Positions 38,793 to 47,702 of a stretch of 64,000 bases of DNA are shown in pieces. The notes beneath the pieces were generated by a model. The model was not told the origin of the DNA and made no database searches. It saw only the letters and a list, made by a program, of their open reading frames with translations. The stretch is from Candidatus Woesebacteria bacterium GW2011_GWB1_33_38 (GTDB lineage Bacteria; Patescibacteriota; Microgenomatia; UBA8517), in the NCBI GenBank assembly GCA_000990005.1, contig LBPF01000003.1, positions 71,479 through 135,478 on the forward strand, read 5' to 3'. The translations under genes were made by a program, and so were the position numbers. Each line of letters begins with the position of its first letter. Position 1 is the stretch's first letter.

Positions 38793-39763
38793 TACGAAAA
38801 GTTGAGATATCTTACAAAACCATTGTTTTTACTGCAGTTTTTGTTGCATCTTTATGGTTTATTTATTCAATACGAGATATAGTACTTCAACTTTTTGCAT
38901 CTCTTTTGTTAATGACGATTTTGAACCCAATTGTTAAGAAACTTTCAAAGATAAAAATTCCAAGAAGTTTATCAATTCTGGTTTCTTATGTGGTAATATT
39001 TGGTTTGTTTGGATTCGCGATTGGTATACTTCTTCCCCCACTTGTTGAACAAACAACTAATTTAGCAAATAATTTACCTAAATATTTGAGTGATTCTGGA
39101 ATTACAAAATATGCCAACGGTGATATTTTAAAGGAGATTGTTTCTCAATTAGGTACAGTACCTAGCCAAGTTATTAAAGCTGGATTTTCATTCTTTGCAA
39201 ATATTTTAAATATTTTAACAGTCTTGATTTTTGCTTTTTACCTACTTCTAATTAGAGATAAATTTGATAAAAATCTAGAAAGCATTTTTGGTAAAGAAAA
39301 AAGCCTCGATGTTTCAAAAATAATAGATGAACTTGAATTAAGACTTGGTGGATGGGCAAGGGGACAGTTATTATTAATGCTTTTGGTAGGAATTTCAAGT
39401 TATATTGGTTTTGTTATTCTAGGAATTCCTTTTGCTCTTCCACTGGCTTTACTTGCTGGAATTTTTGAGATAGTACCCTATTTAGGGCCTATTGTTGCCT
39501 CAATTCCTGCGATTATATTAGGATTTAGTATTTCACCTTTTGTTGGTGGAGCTTCAATTGGGTTAGCGGTTTTAATTCAACAACTTGAAAATTATGTCTT
39601 TGTTCCTAAAATAATGGAAAAATCAACAGGTGTCTCCCCAATTATTATTCTTTTGGCTTTAGCCATTGGCGCAAAGCTTGCAGGAATTACTGGAATGGTT
39701 ATGTCAATACCAATAGTTATTATAATCCAAGTTTTACTTCAAAACCGTTTCCAAGAAAAATAA
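38789..39763 (+). CDS. AI-2E family (UPF0118/PerM-like) transporter
   Basis: 8-TM topology and family-typical length. Confidence 0.7.
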   Translation: MIRKVEISYKTIVFTAVFVASLWFIYSIRDIVLQLFASLLLMTILNPIVKKLSKIKIPRSLSILVSYVVIFGLFGFAIGILLPPLVEQTTNLANNLPKYLSDSGITKYANGDILKEIVSQLGTVPSQVIKAGFSFFANILNILTVLIFAFYLLLIRDKFDKNLESIFGKEKSLDVSKIIDELELRLGGWARGQLLLMLLVGISSYIGFVILGIPFALPLALLAGIFEIVPYLGPIVASIPAIILGFSISPFVGGASIGLAVLIQQLENYVFVPKIMEKSTGVSPIIILLALAIGAKLAGITGMVMSIPIVIIIQVLLQNRFQEK

Positions 39764-39788
39764 GCCTTAAATTTGATATAATACCCTT

Positions 39789-40063
39789 GCTTTAAAGAGG
39801 TGGAACAATTGCCAGGTGCCGTACGGTATCTGGAGGAAAGTCCAGACAGCAGAAGACAGGGTGTCTAGCGTAAGCTAGAGATGCATTTAGTAATAAATGT
39901 AGCCAGTTAGAGCAACAGAGACGAGAAATATGAAACGGGCAATCCTCCCCGCTGCAACCTCCGAATTGGCCGTTTGAGGATGTCTTCCCAAGGCCTAAAG
40001 TATGAGGGCATAGATAGATAATTGTTTTTAAAACAGAATCTGGCTTACTAGCCTCTTTAAAGC
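39789..40063 (+). ncRNA. rnpB: RNase P RNA (bacterial type, reduced ~275 nt)
   Basis: Conserved CR-I GGAGGAAAGTCCAGAC and CR-V ACAGAATCTGGCTTA with compensatory P4 pairing (CCAGA/TCTGG); 12-bp P1 (GCTTTAAAGAGG/CCTCTTTAAAGC); GCAACAGAGA element; P8-like hairpin TCTAGC-GTAA-GCTAGA. Confidence 0.8.
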
Positions 40064-40072
40064 ACAAAAAGC

Positions 40073-40543
40073 ATGAAATTAGTTATACAACGAGTATTAA
40101 AAGCAAAAGTTACCAAAAAAGAAAATAATAATGTGGTTGGAGAAATAAATAAAGGGCTTTTTACCGGTAACACCGGCCAAGCTTTGCTTATTCTTTTGGG
40201 AATCAAAAAGGGGGATACTAAAAAACAAGTTGATGAATTAGTAAGTAAATTAATTAAACTTCGGATAATGTCAGATCAAAATTCCAAAATGAATCTTTCA
40301 GTTATAGACACAAAATCTGAAGTCTTGGTAGTTTCTCAGTTTACTTTATATGCAAATACTAAAGATGGTAATAGACCAAGCTTTATTGAGGCAGAGGAAC
40401 CAAAAAAAGCAAAAGTATTGTATGAATACATGATAACTAAACTAAAAGAGACTGGATTAAATATACAAACTGGTAGCTTTGGAGATTACATGGAAATAAA
40501 CGCCGTCCTCGACGGTCCCGTGACAATTGTTTTAGAAAATTAA
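40073..40543 (+). CDS. dtd: D-aminoacyl-tRNA deacylase
   Basis: MKLVIQRV.., SQFTLYANTKDGNRPSF. Confidence 0.9.
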   Translation: MKLVIQRVLKAKVTKKENNNVVGEINKGLFTGNTGQALLILLGIKKGDTKKQVDELVSKLIKLRIMSDQNSKMNLSVIDTKSEVLVVSQFTLYANTKDGNRPSFIEAEEPKKAKVLYEYMITKLKETGLNIQTGSFGDYMEINAVLDGPVTIVLEN

Positions 40544-40561
40544 ATTTTGTAAGATATAAAC

Positions 40562-40786
40562 ATGACTAACTATTTAGTTACATTGATTTTGCATAGCCAG
40601 AAATTAACAAGTTCTCAACTCAAAACTCTTGTCGACATTTGTGTCAATATTGGATCAATTGGGTTGGCTTCAATCGTTATCCCTTTATATCTGCAAAGAG
40701 CGTCAATTAATTTGTTATTGCCAAGCATTGCACTAAGTTTCGTATTTTGGTATATTGGAATTACATTATCTAAAAAATATGAATAA
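40562..40786 (+). CDS. Hypothetical 2-TM small protein (74 aa)
   Basis: ORF, hydrophobic. Confidence 0.35.
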   Translation: MTNYLVTLILHSQKLTSSQLKTLVDICVNIGSIGLASIVIPLYLQRASINLLLPSIALSFVFWYIGITLSKKYE

Positions 40787-40902
40787 CGGAATGGGGATCT
40801 TTTATTTAACTTTGGCTATTATTGCATTGACAATTGCTATAATAACACTGCCAACAATGCTTCAAGATTCACTTAAAAAAATGAAATTGAATAAATCCTG
40901 AT

Positions 40903-41454
40903 ATGAAAAATGCGTTGATACTTCGTGGAACTGGGAACAACCACAAAGGCAACTGGTTTCCTTGGCTCAAAAAAGAACTTGAAAAGAATGGATATAAAGT
41001 TTGGGTGCCCGATTTACCAAATTCTGAATTAGCTAACATTAAAAGATATAATAAGTTCATTTTTGAAAACAAAAATTTCAAATTTAGCAAAGATACATTA
41101 ATTGTCGGCCACTCTTCGGGCGCAGTTGCTATTTTGGGATTACTTCAAAAATTACCAGATAAAATAGCGGTTAGAAAATCTATTTTGGTGGCTTCATTTA
41201 TGAATGATTTTGGCAATCCAGATTTTGCTGGTTTATTTGAAGAACCATTTGATTTTGAAAAGATTAAAACAAAATCAGACAAAATAGTGTTTGTTCATTC
41301 AGACGACGATCCTTATTGTCCATTATCGCATGCAGAGTATCTGTCTGAAAAACTTGATGCTAAATTGGTAGTCATTAACGGTCAGGGACATTTTAATCTT
41401 GAAAAAGGTCCAGAATTTAGAAAATTTCCAGCAATCCTTAAATTAATTGATTAA
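40903..41454 (+). CDS. YdeN/RBBP9-like alpha/beta serine hydrolase
   Basis: ..IVGHSSGA.. nucleophile elbow, ~180 aa. Confidence 0.7.
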   Translation: MKNALILRGTGNNHKGNWFPWLKKELEKNGYKVWVPDLPNSELANIKRYNKFIFENKNFKFSKDTLIVGHSSGAVAILGLLQKLPDKIAVRKSILVASFMNDFGNPDFAGLFEEPFDFEKIKTKSDKIVFVHSDDDPYCPLSHAEYLSEKLDAKLVVINGQGHFNLEKGPEFRKFPAILKLID

Positions 41455-42114
41455 CTTTTCTTTTTTCAAAAAAATCTCTAACTTTTTGTTTGTTGGGTAT
41501 TGGCGGCCGATGGAGACAAACAGACGATTCAGTTCTGGCCAATATTTTTTGGGAATCACTTTTAATAACTCTTTTTCTGTTTGTTCTGGAGTTTTTGTTT
41601 TAACAATTCCTAAAAAATTACTAATTCTATGAACATGTGTATCAACTGCAATTGTGGGGATTCCAAAAGCTCTGTTTAAAACCAGATTTGCAGTTTTTCT
41701 GCCAACACCGGGAAGTTTCATTAATTCCTCTCGTGTTCTTGGAACAATTACGGGTTCCGAACCTGTAAGATTGATTGCAAGCTGTTTTAAATGCTTTGCC
41801 TTTGTTTTATAGAAGCCTACTGGATAAATTGTTTTTTCTATTAACTTTATATCTATTTCACTTAATATCTTTAAGTTTGAAGCGATAGCGAACAAGCGTT
41901 TGGAAGCCTCAAATGTTACTTCATCCTTGGTTCTTGCGGAGAGGATTGTGGAGACTAGGGTTTTGTAGGGGTTTTTACCAAACACTTCAAGAGGTACTAG
42001 TATGTAGTTCCTCTTGAAGGCTTTAAACAACCGAGCAAGATTATTTGTTTCCACCAATCTTGAACATTGTTGTTCCACAAACTTCACAAACTGCTTTTGT
42101 TGCTTGCTTTCCAT
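41443..42114 (-). CDS. nth: Endonuclease III-like HhH-GPD DNA glycosylase (no Fe-S cluster cysteines)
   Basis: ..LPGVGRKTANLVL..VDTHVHRI.. Confidence 0.85.
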   Translation of the reverse strand: MESKQQKQFVKFVEQQCSRLVETNNLARLFKAFKRNYILVPLEVFGKNPYKTLVSTILSARTKDEVTFEASKRLFAIASNLKILSEIDIKLIEKTIYPVGFYKTKAKHLKQLAINLTGSEPVIVPRTREELMKLPGVGRKTANLVLNRAFGIPTIAVDTHVHRISNFLGIVKTKTPEQTEKELLKVIPKKYWPELNRLFVSIGRQYPTNKKLEIFLKKEKLIN

Positions 42115-42123
42115 TCTTCATTG

Positions 42124-42348
42124 TTACAGCTTGTGCACTATGAGTGAAATTAAGATCATTGTAGCCACACCTAGGCTCTTATATAACTCTTTTCTGACTG
42201 AGCCTAAATCTTTCTTTCTAGCCGATAGATTGGCCATTTCGTTTTTAGCCTCAAAATTATAGGATCCACTGAACTTGTAGCCTAATTGGGTATTGACACG
42301 TGTAATCTGTGCGTGCTCTTTCTGTTTTCTAGTTCTTTTTTTTGACAT
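42124..42348 (-). CDS. Hypothetical basic protein with C-terminal TM helix (74 aa)
   Basis: ORF only. Confidence 0.3.
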   Translation of the reverse strand: MSKKRTRKQKEHAQITRVNTQLGYKFSGSYNFEAKNEMANLSARKKDLGSVRKELYKSLGVATMILISLIVHKL

Positions 42349-42370
42349 AAATTTAAGATATTCTTACATA

Positions 42371-42787
42371 ATGAATATTAGCTTAACACTGGTGATAATT
42401 GCAATTGTCTGGTTAGTAATTTTGACAAGTTTTGCTGTTTGGACCTTTTTAATATTTAAGGATTTAATTAAAATATCTAAAAATAAGGAATTTTCTGATA
42501 ACACAAAAGAAATAAAAAATATTTGGACCGATCTAAAACAGTTCAAAGAAAATTCTAAATTAAATATTTCTCGGGTAGGCCTTGCAAAATACAATCCTTT
42601 TAAAGAAACAGGCGGGAATAATAGTTTTTCTTTGGTACTGTTAGACGCAAATAAAAATGGTATTATTATTACTAGCCTTCATACAAGAGAAAGGACACGG
42701 CTTTACTTAAAAGAGGTAAAACTCGGGAAAGCTTTGATAGAACTCTCAGAAGATGAAGCAAAAGCATTAAAAGAAGCTGTGAAATGA
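42371..42787 (+). CDS. Hypothetical membrane-anchored protein (possibly DUF4446-like)
   Basis: N-terminal TM then ..KYNPFKETGGNNSFSLVLLD..; the listed ORF starts at 42293. Confidence 0.45.
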   Translation: MNISLTLVIIAIVWLVILTSFAVWTFLIFKDLIKISKNKEFSDNTKEIKNIWTDLKQFKENSKLNISRVGLAKYNPFKETGGNNSFSLVLLDANKNGIIITSLHTRERTRLYLKEVKLGKALIELSEDEAKALKEAVK

Positions 42788-43995
42788 ACATCAAAAAAAT
42801 ACCATATCAATTAATCTTTGGATTTCTAGGACTTTTTTTGCTTTCTGCTGGTGTTTCCATGGCTGGTTTTACTTTTTTGACCAAAGATTCACCTCTTTCC
42901 CCATCAACTTCTAAAACTGGAGGTAAGGTTTCCAGGGTTGATCTAACCAAACCTAAGACAGAAAGCTGTCCAATAAACGGAGCCATGTTTACAAAAGAAG
43001 AAAAAGAAATTTGGTCTAAGAAAAGACCCATGTTGGCTGTTGTTGAAAATCATTTAGATTCCCGTCCCCAGTCTGGTTTATCTCGAGCGGATGTAGTTTA
43101 TGAAATTGTTGCCGAAGGTGGAATAACAAGATTTTTATCAGTATTTTATTGTGGCATTGCAGATAACGATTATATTATTGGGCAAATTAGAAGTGCTAGG
43201 GTTTACTTTATTAACTATGCATTGGAGTATGGTGATAGACCATTATTTGTTCATTGGGGAGGGGCAAACAATATAGATAACAACATGCCAAGTGGAGTGA
43301 AAATTAAAGGTCAACTCGATCCTAGGGCTGATGCCTATAAATTATTGGAGAAAGTTGGTTGGGTTAACGGTAGGTATGGTAATGACATGAATGGTGCAAC
43401 CAACACGGGTTATCCTGCGCTTTTTACTGACGACAGGAGGATGAATCTTGCCACAGAACATCAAAAGGTTGGGTCAACTGACAAAATCTATGAGGAAGCT
43501 GTCAAAAGAGGTTTTGAATACGAGGATGCTGATGGTAAAGCTTGGGATACTAAGTTTAAATCTTGGAAATTTATAGACGATAAGGCAATTGATGCTCCAA
43601 TGTATGCAAGTATTAAATTTAATTTTTGGGATAGTATGGCAGGCTACGATGTTGAATGGAAATATGATAAAGCAACAAATAAATACTTTAGATTTAATGG
43701 TGGGGTAGAACATAAGGATTTAGAAAATAATGAACAATTAACAGCTAAAAATGTGGCCATAGTTTATGCTAAGGAAGAAGGACCAGTTGATAAAGAGAGT
43801 CATATGTTATATACAGTAACTGGCAAAGGTAAGGCTGTGGTTTTTCAGAATGGTAGTGTGATTGAAAGTACCTGGGAGAAAGCGGTAGCAACTGACAGAT
43901 TAAAGTTTTTTGATGAAAATGGATCTGAAATTGCATTTGTTAGGGGTCAAATTTGGATAGAAGTCTTACCTGCCGGAAATGATATTAGTTATTAA
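42784..43995 (+). CDS. DUF3048 (YerB-like) secreted protein
   Basis: ..AVVENHLDSRPQSGLSRADVVYEIVAEGGITRF.. matches the DUF3048 core. Confidence 0.65.
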   Translation: MNIKKIPYQLIFGFLGLFLLSAGVSMAGFTFLTKDSPLSPSTSKTGGKVSRVDLTKPKTESCPINGAMFTKEEKEIWSKKRPMLAVVENHLDSRPQSGLSRADVVYEIVAEGGITRFLSVFYCGIADNDYIIGQIRSARVYFINYALEYGDRPLFVHWGGANNIDNNMPSGVKIKGQLDPRADAYKLLEKVGWVNGRYGNDMNGATNTGYPALFTDDRRMNLATEHQKVGSTDKIYEEAVKRGFEYEDADGKAWDTKFKSWKFIDDKAIDAPMYASIKFNFWDSMAGYDVEWKYDKATNKYFRFNGGVEHKDLENNEQLTAKNVAIVYAKEEGPVDKESHMLYTVTGKGKAVVFQNGSVIESTWEKAVATDRLKFFDENGSEIAFVRGQIWIEVLPAGNDISY

Positions 43996-44000
43996 TTTCA

Positions 44001-44585
44001 ATGGCAAATTTAGAAGACATTATCACTTCAAAAGTAAGGGTAAAAATATTAGAATTATTTTTTTCTAATCTAACTGAAATGTATCATGTTAGAGGTATCG
44101 TTCGCGAAATAAACGAGGAAATAAACGCTGTCAGGCGTGAACTTGAAAAGATGGAAACTTCGGGGATTTTGAAGAAAGAACCAAGGGGTAATAGGGTTTA
44201 CTATTTTCTTCGAGCTGACTATTCAATGTTTGGAGATCTCTTGTCAATTGTTGCTAAATCAACTGGCCTTGGAAAGGCAATCCTTGATTCAAGATCAAAA
44301 CTTGGAAAAATTAACCTTGTGATGTTTTCTGGAAAATTCGCTAGAAGTAAACCTAGAAAAAAAGAAGATGAGGTGGATCTTTTAGTTGTAGGAGAAGTTG
44401 TACTACCTGAACTGGCATCTGTTGTTCGTAATTTTGAGTCGAAATTAGGTAGAGAAATAAATTATACTGTTATGGCCAAAGAAGAACTAGAATATAGAAA
44501 GAAAAGACGTGATCCATTTTTACAAGGAATATTTTTAAATAGCAGAGTTATGATAATTGGAGATGAAGAAGAACTTACTGGTTAA
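44001..44585 (+). CDS. Winged-helix transcriptional regulator fused to a minimal nucleotidyltransferase domain
   Basis: N-terminal wHTH (..VRVKILELF..); C-terminal ..FSGKFARSKPRKKEDEVDLLVVG.. (GS-x-n-DxD NTase motif). Confidence 0.5.
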   Translation: MANLEDIITSKVRVKILELFFSNLTEMYHVRGIVREINEEINAVRRELEKMETSGILKKEPRGNRVYYFLRADYSMFGDLLSIVAKSTGLGKAILDSRSKLGKINLVMFSGKFARSKPRKKEDEVDLLVVGEVVLPELASVVRNFESKLGREINYTVMAKEELEYRKKRRDPFLQGIFLNSRVMIIGDEEELTG

Positions 44586-45792
44586 GACAATTTTAATACT
44601 TCTTTTGGTTTTAGCTTGCGGTTACATAAGCTTAGGCTATCCTATTTTTGGAAAAAAATTTGAATTACAATTAGGCCTTGACCTTTCAGGTGGTAGTCAT
44701 TTGGTTTTTGAGGCTGATACAGAGAATTTAGAATCTAGCAAAAAAGAGAAAGCACTATCTTCTTTAAGAAACGTAATTGAAAAGAGAGTTAATCTATTTG
44801 GCGTATCTGAAAGTAATGTGACTACATCCTCATTTGAAGGCAAAGATAGAATAATAGTTGAGCTTCCAGGAATAAATGATCCAAAAGAAGCAACTAATTT
44901 AATAGGTCAAACGGCGCAGTTATTGTTTGCTGAAATTGTCGGAGAGAATCAAATAGTTCCGACAAATTTAACAGGTGCAGATTTAAAGTCTGCAGATACT
45001 ACTTTTGATCAAAATTCTGGTAAGCCTTCAGTTTCAATTGAGTTTAATGAAGAAGGCTCCAAAAAATTTGAGGAAATAACAGGAAAGACAATTGGTAAAC
45101 CATTAGCTATTATTTTGGATAATAATATTATTTCAGCTCCCGTAGTCAATGAAAAAATTATTGGGGGTAAAGCTCAGATTTCAGGAAATTTCACTGTTGA
45201 TGAAGCTAAGAAATTAGAAGTGCAACTTAACGCTGGTGCACTTCCTATTCCTGTTAAATTGGTCGAAGAAAAAACAATTGGTGCAACTTTAGGTGCCGAC
45301 TCTGTTAATAAAAGTATAAAAGCAGGCGTAATTGGACTTGTTATGGTATCTCTTTTTATGATATTAATTTATGGCAGGTACGGACTGGTTGCGGATTTCG
45401 CATTACTTACATTTGGGGTTATAACTTTTGCTTTGTATAAATTAATTCCTGTTACTTTAACACTTCCTGGAATTGCAGGATTTCTTCTTTCTGTTGGTAT
45501 GGCTGTTGATAGTAACATATTGATATTTGAAAGATTAAAAGAAGAGATAAAATTAAGACCTTTTGCATCGGCACTTGAGATTTCATTTGGTAGAGCTTGG
45601 GATTCGATAAGAGACGCAAACGTTGCTACTCTTGTTACTGCCTTTATCCTTGCAAACCCCCTTGATTGGTCATTCTTACATGTCTCAGGGCCTGTCAGAG
45701 GCTTTGCAATTACTCTAGCTTTAGGTATTGCGATATCTTTATTTACTGGAATTGTTGTAAGTCGTAATTTACTTAGATTGTTTGTTAAATAA
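44557..45792 (+). CDS. secD: Protein translocase subunit SecD
   Basis: Large periplasmic domain plus 6 C-terminal TM helices; followed by secF. Confidence 0.85.
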   Translation: MEMKKNLLVKTILILLLVLACGYISLGYPIFGKKFELQLGLDLSGGSHLVFEADTENLESSKKEKALSSLRNVIEKRVNLFGVSESNVTTSSFEGKDRIIVELPGINDPKEATNLIGQTAQLLFAEIVGENQIVPTNLTGADLKSADTTFDQNSGKPSVSIEFNEEGSKKFEEITGKTIGKPLAIILDNNIISAPVVNEKIIGGKAQISGNFTVDEAKKLEVQLNAGALPIPVKLVEEKTIGATLGADSVNKSIKAGVIGLVMVSLFMILIYGRYGLVADFALLTFGVITFALYKLIPVTLTLPGIAGFLLSVGMAVDSNILIFERLKEEIKLRPFASALEISFGRAWDSIRDANVATLVTAFILANPLDWSFLHVSGPVRGFAITLALGIAISLFTGIVVSRNLLRLFVK

Positions 45793-46594
45793 TATGCAGT
45801 GGATGAAATACAGATTAATTTATTTGATAATATCAGGAGTTTTTTTGACCGCAGGAATATTTAGTTTATTTAAATGGGGATTAAATCTTGGAATTGATTT
45901 TACTGGTGGGGTAGTTACTGAGTACAAATTATCAAGCGGAGAAATTGAAACAAAAAAATTTGGTATAAAGACAGACGAAGAGATAACAAAAATAAGAGAA
46001 GATTATAAAAATCAAAAGGCTACTGAACTGCGATTTGAAACCGTTGGACCTTCAATTGGGCCAGAGTTAATTAAAAAAACTTTTTATGCGCTAGCCATGT
46101 CTGCAATACTTATACTTGTTTGGGTAGCAATACAATTTAAAAGTATTAAATTTGGAGTTTCTGCAATTTTAGCCATGATTCATGATTCACTTGTTTTGGT
46201 TGGTGGATTTTCACTTTTGGGTCATTTTGCGGGAGTTGAAGTTGATTTTTTGTTTGTAACAGCAGTTTTGACGATCCTTTCATTTTCAGTTCATGACACA
46301 ATTGTTGTATACGATAGGATACGTGAGAAACAGAAAAAATATGATCCTACTTTAGGATCTGATATTAAAGCAATTGCTAATTCTGCATTAACTGAAACAA
46401 TGGTTAGAAGCTTAAATAATTCTTTTACTATTATATTTATGTTACTATCATTGGTTTTATTGGGTGGAGATACTGTCAAATGGTTTGCTGTAGCACTTCT
46501 GATTGGAACTATTTCAGGAACCTATTCTTCTCCCTTCGTTGCCGTCCCCATTCTTGTTACTTGGGAAGAATGGGAAAAAAGACTTAAAAAATAA
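45782..46594 (+). CDS. secF: Protein translocase subunit SecF
   Basis: SecF topology and motifs. Confidence 0.85.
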   Translation: MLNNMQWMKYRLIYLIISGVFLTAGIFSLFKWGLNLGIDFTGGVVTEYKLSSGEIETKKFGIKTDEEITKIREDYKNQKATELRFETVGPSIGPELIKKTFYALAMSAILILVWVAIQFKSIKFGVSAILAMIHDSLVLVGGFSLLGHFAGVEVDFLFVTAVLTILSFSVHDTIVVYDRIREKQKKYDPTLGSDIKAIANSALTETMVRSLNNSFTIIFMLLSLVLLGGDTVKWFAVALLIGTISGTYSSPFVAVPILVTWEEWEKRLKK

Positions 46595-46610
46595 AATCTT
46601 CACAAAAAAC

Positions 46611-46639
46611 TTGCATTTCGCAGAGAGAGAGAGTAATAT
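46611..46639 (+). promoter_or_regulatory. Conserved promoter-like element copy 3: TTGCAT-ttcgcagagagagagag-TAATAT upstream of ATG 46650
   Basis: Same core as the copies at 4721 and 5752. Confidence 0.5.
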
Positions 46640-46649
46640 ATGACCTATA

Positions 46650-46907
46650 ATGCAAAAAGATTTTTTTGATGGACGAGAAAAGGTTGGAAAATTTGAGAAT
46701 GAAGAAGAAGCAACAAAGCTCTTGTCAAGTGGTGCTACTATCTTAAAAGGGGTTGAAATGGTATTGGGTAGAAGAGTTGATGCAAAAGAATTTAAATCTG
46801 ACGAAACACTCAGAGATATAATGAATCCCACATTGGATGGAGAAACAAGATATGCTCTACTTTTTATGAAAAAAAGTTTAGATCCAAAAGAATCGAATCT
46901 TCAATGA
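46650..46907 (+). CDS. Hypothetical small protein (85 aa)
   Basis: ORF downstream of motif copy 3. Confidence 0.4.
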   Translation: MQKDFFDGREKVGKFENEEEATKLLSSGATILKGVEMVLGRRVDAKEFKSDETLRDIMNPTLDGETRYALLFMKKSLDPKESNLQ

Positions 46908-46912
46908 TAAAA

Positions 46913-47203
46913 TTATTCAAACTTCAAAATTAGTTTTGTATTAAAAACTTCTGCAATTCTTTTCAAAAAAGACAATGATGGGTTTCCTGACATGGTTTCA
47001 ATTCTAGAAATTGCGGCTTGAGATGTCCTGAGTCTATTAGCTAAAGTTCTTTGAGAAATATTTTTTTTAATTCTTTTCTCGATAATTTGTTTTGCTAATA
47101 AATATTCAGGTTCAGATTTTTTCCATTCAGCTACAAACTCATGATCATTCATAAGCTCTTTGAAGTGATCATCCAGACTGTAAAGTTTTTGTTTATTGCT
47201 CAT
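46913..47203 (-). CDS. XRE-family HTH antitoxin (HigA-like)
   Basis: ..NISQRTLANRLRTSQAAISRIE.. HTH; downstream of the RelE/HigB-like gene. Confidence 0.7.
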   Translation of the reverse strand: MSNKQKLYSLDDHFKELMNDHEFVAEWKKSEPEYLLAKQIIEKRIKKNISQRTLANRLRTSQAAISRIETMSGNPSLSFLKRIAEVFNTKLILKFE

Positions 47204-47236
47204 ACAAATATGATGATATCATATATGATATCATTG

Positions 47237-47584
47237 TCAATGTCCAAATCTGTTGATCCAGTCATGGTGTCGATCAATAGAAATTTCTAAGTCTTTCTTT
47301 GGAGTTTTTTGCTTTTTCTTGAAAAAACCATGTAATAGTAAAACATCTTGGTTATAAATTATTGCATGAATTATCCTGATATTATCTCTACCTAGAATTC
47401 GTATTTCCCATAAATTGGTTCCTGATAGCTTTTTAGTATAAGGTGATGAAAACTTTAGACCATACTCTTCAATTATTCGTAGTATACGAACAACTTTTGG
47501 TTTTTGTTGTTTGTTCAGAGACATAATAAACTCTTTGATGGGGATGTTATTTAAGATTGTGGTGTAGTAATATATCTTACTCAT
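47237..47584 (-). CDS. RelE/ParE-superfamily toxin, HigB/Gp49-like
   Basis: 115 aa; toxin-first operon order with an XRE antitoxin; ..WEIRILGRDNIRIIHAI.. Confidence 0.6.
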   Translation of the reverse strand: MSKIYYYTTILNNIPIKEFIMSLNKQQKPKVVRILRIIEEYGLKFSSPYTKKLSGTNLWEIRILGRDNIRIIHAIIYNQDVLLLHGFFKKKQKTPKKDLEISIDRHHDWINRFGH

Positions 47585-47690
47585 CTTTTATGCCCTCAAG
47601 TCTTTCAAGTAAAATTTTGCGTTCATTGGGTAGGTTATTTTCAACAACTTCATTAAATAATTTTTCTAAAATTTTATTCGTTTAATTAAT
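47585..47690 (-). pseudogene. Degenerate duplicate of the 3' end of cca (~30 codons: ..TNKILEKLFNEVVENNLPNERKILLERLEGIKDE*), no start codon
   Basis: Manual reverse-complement translation; compare the intact cca C-terminus ..ILEKLFNEVVENKFLNERGVLLKQIKELK*; shared 23-nt identical core ACTTCATTAAATAATTTTTCTAA at 47648-47670 and 48643-48665. Confidence 0.7.
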
Positions 47691-47702
47691 TTAATTTGGA
47701 CT

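Noticed and set aside
39792-40067. 91-aa minus-strand ORF in the ORF track
   Set aside because: The region is fully explained by the plus-strand RNase P RNA (CR-I/CR-V motifs and P1/P4 pairing); the ORF is Cys-rich and looks like antisense noise.
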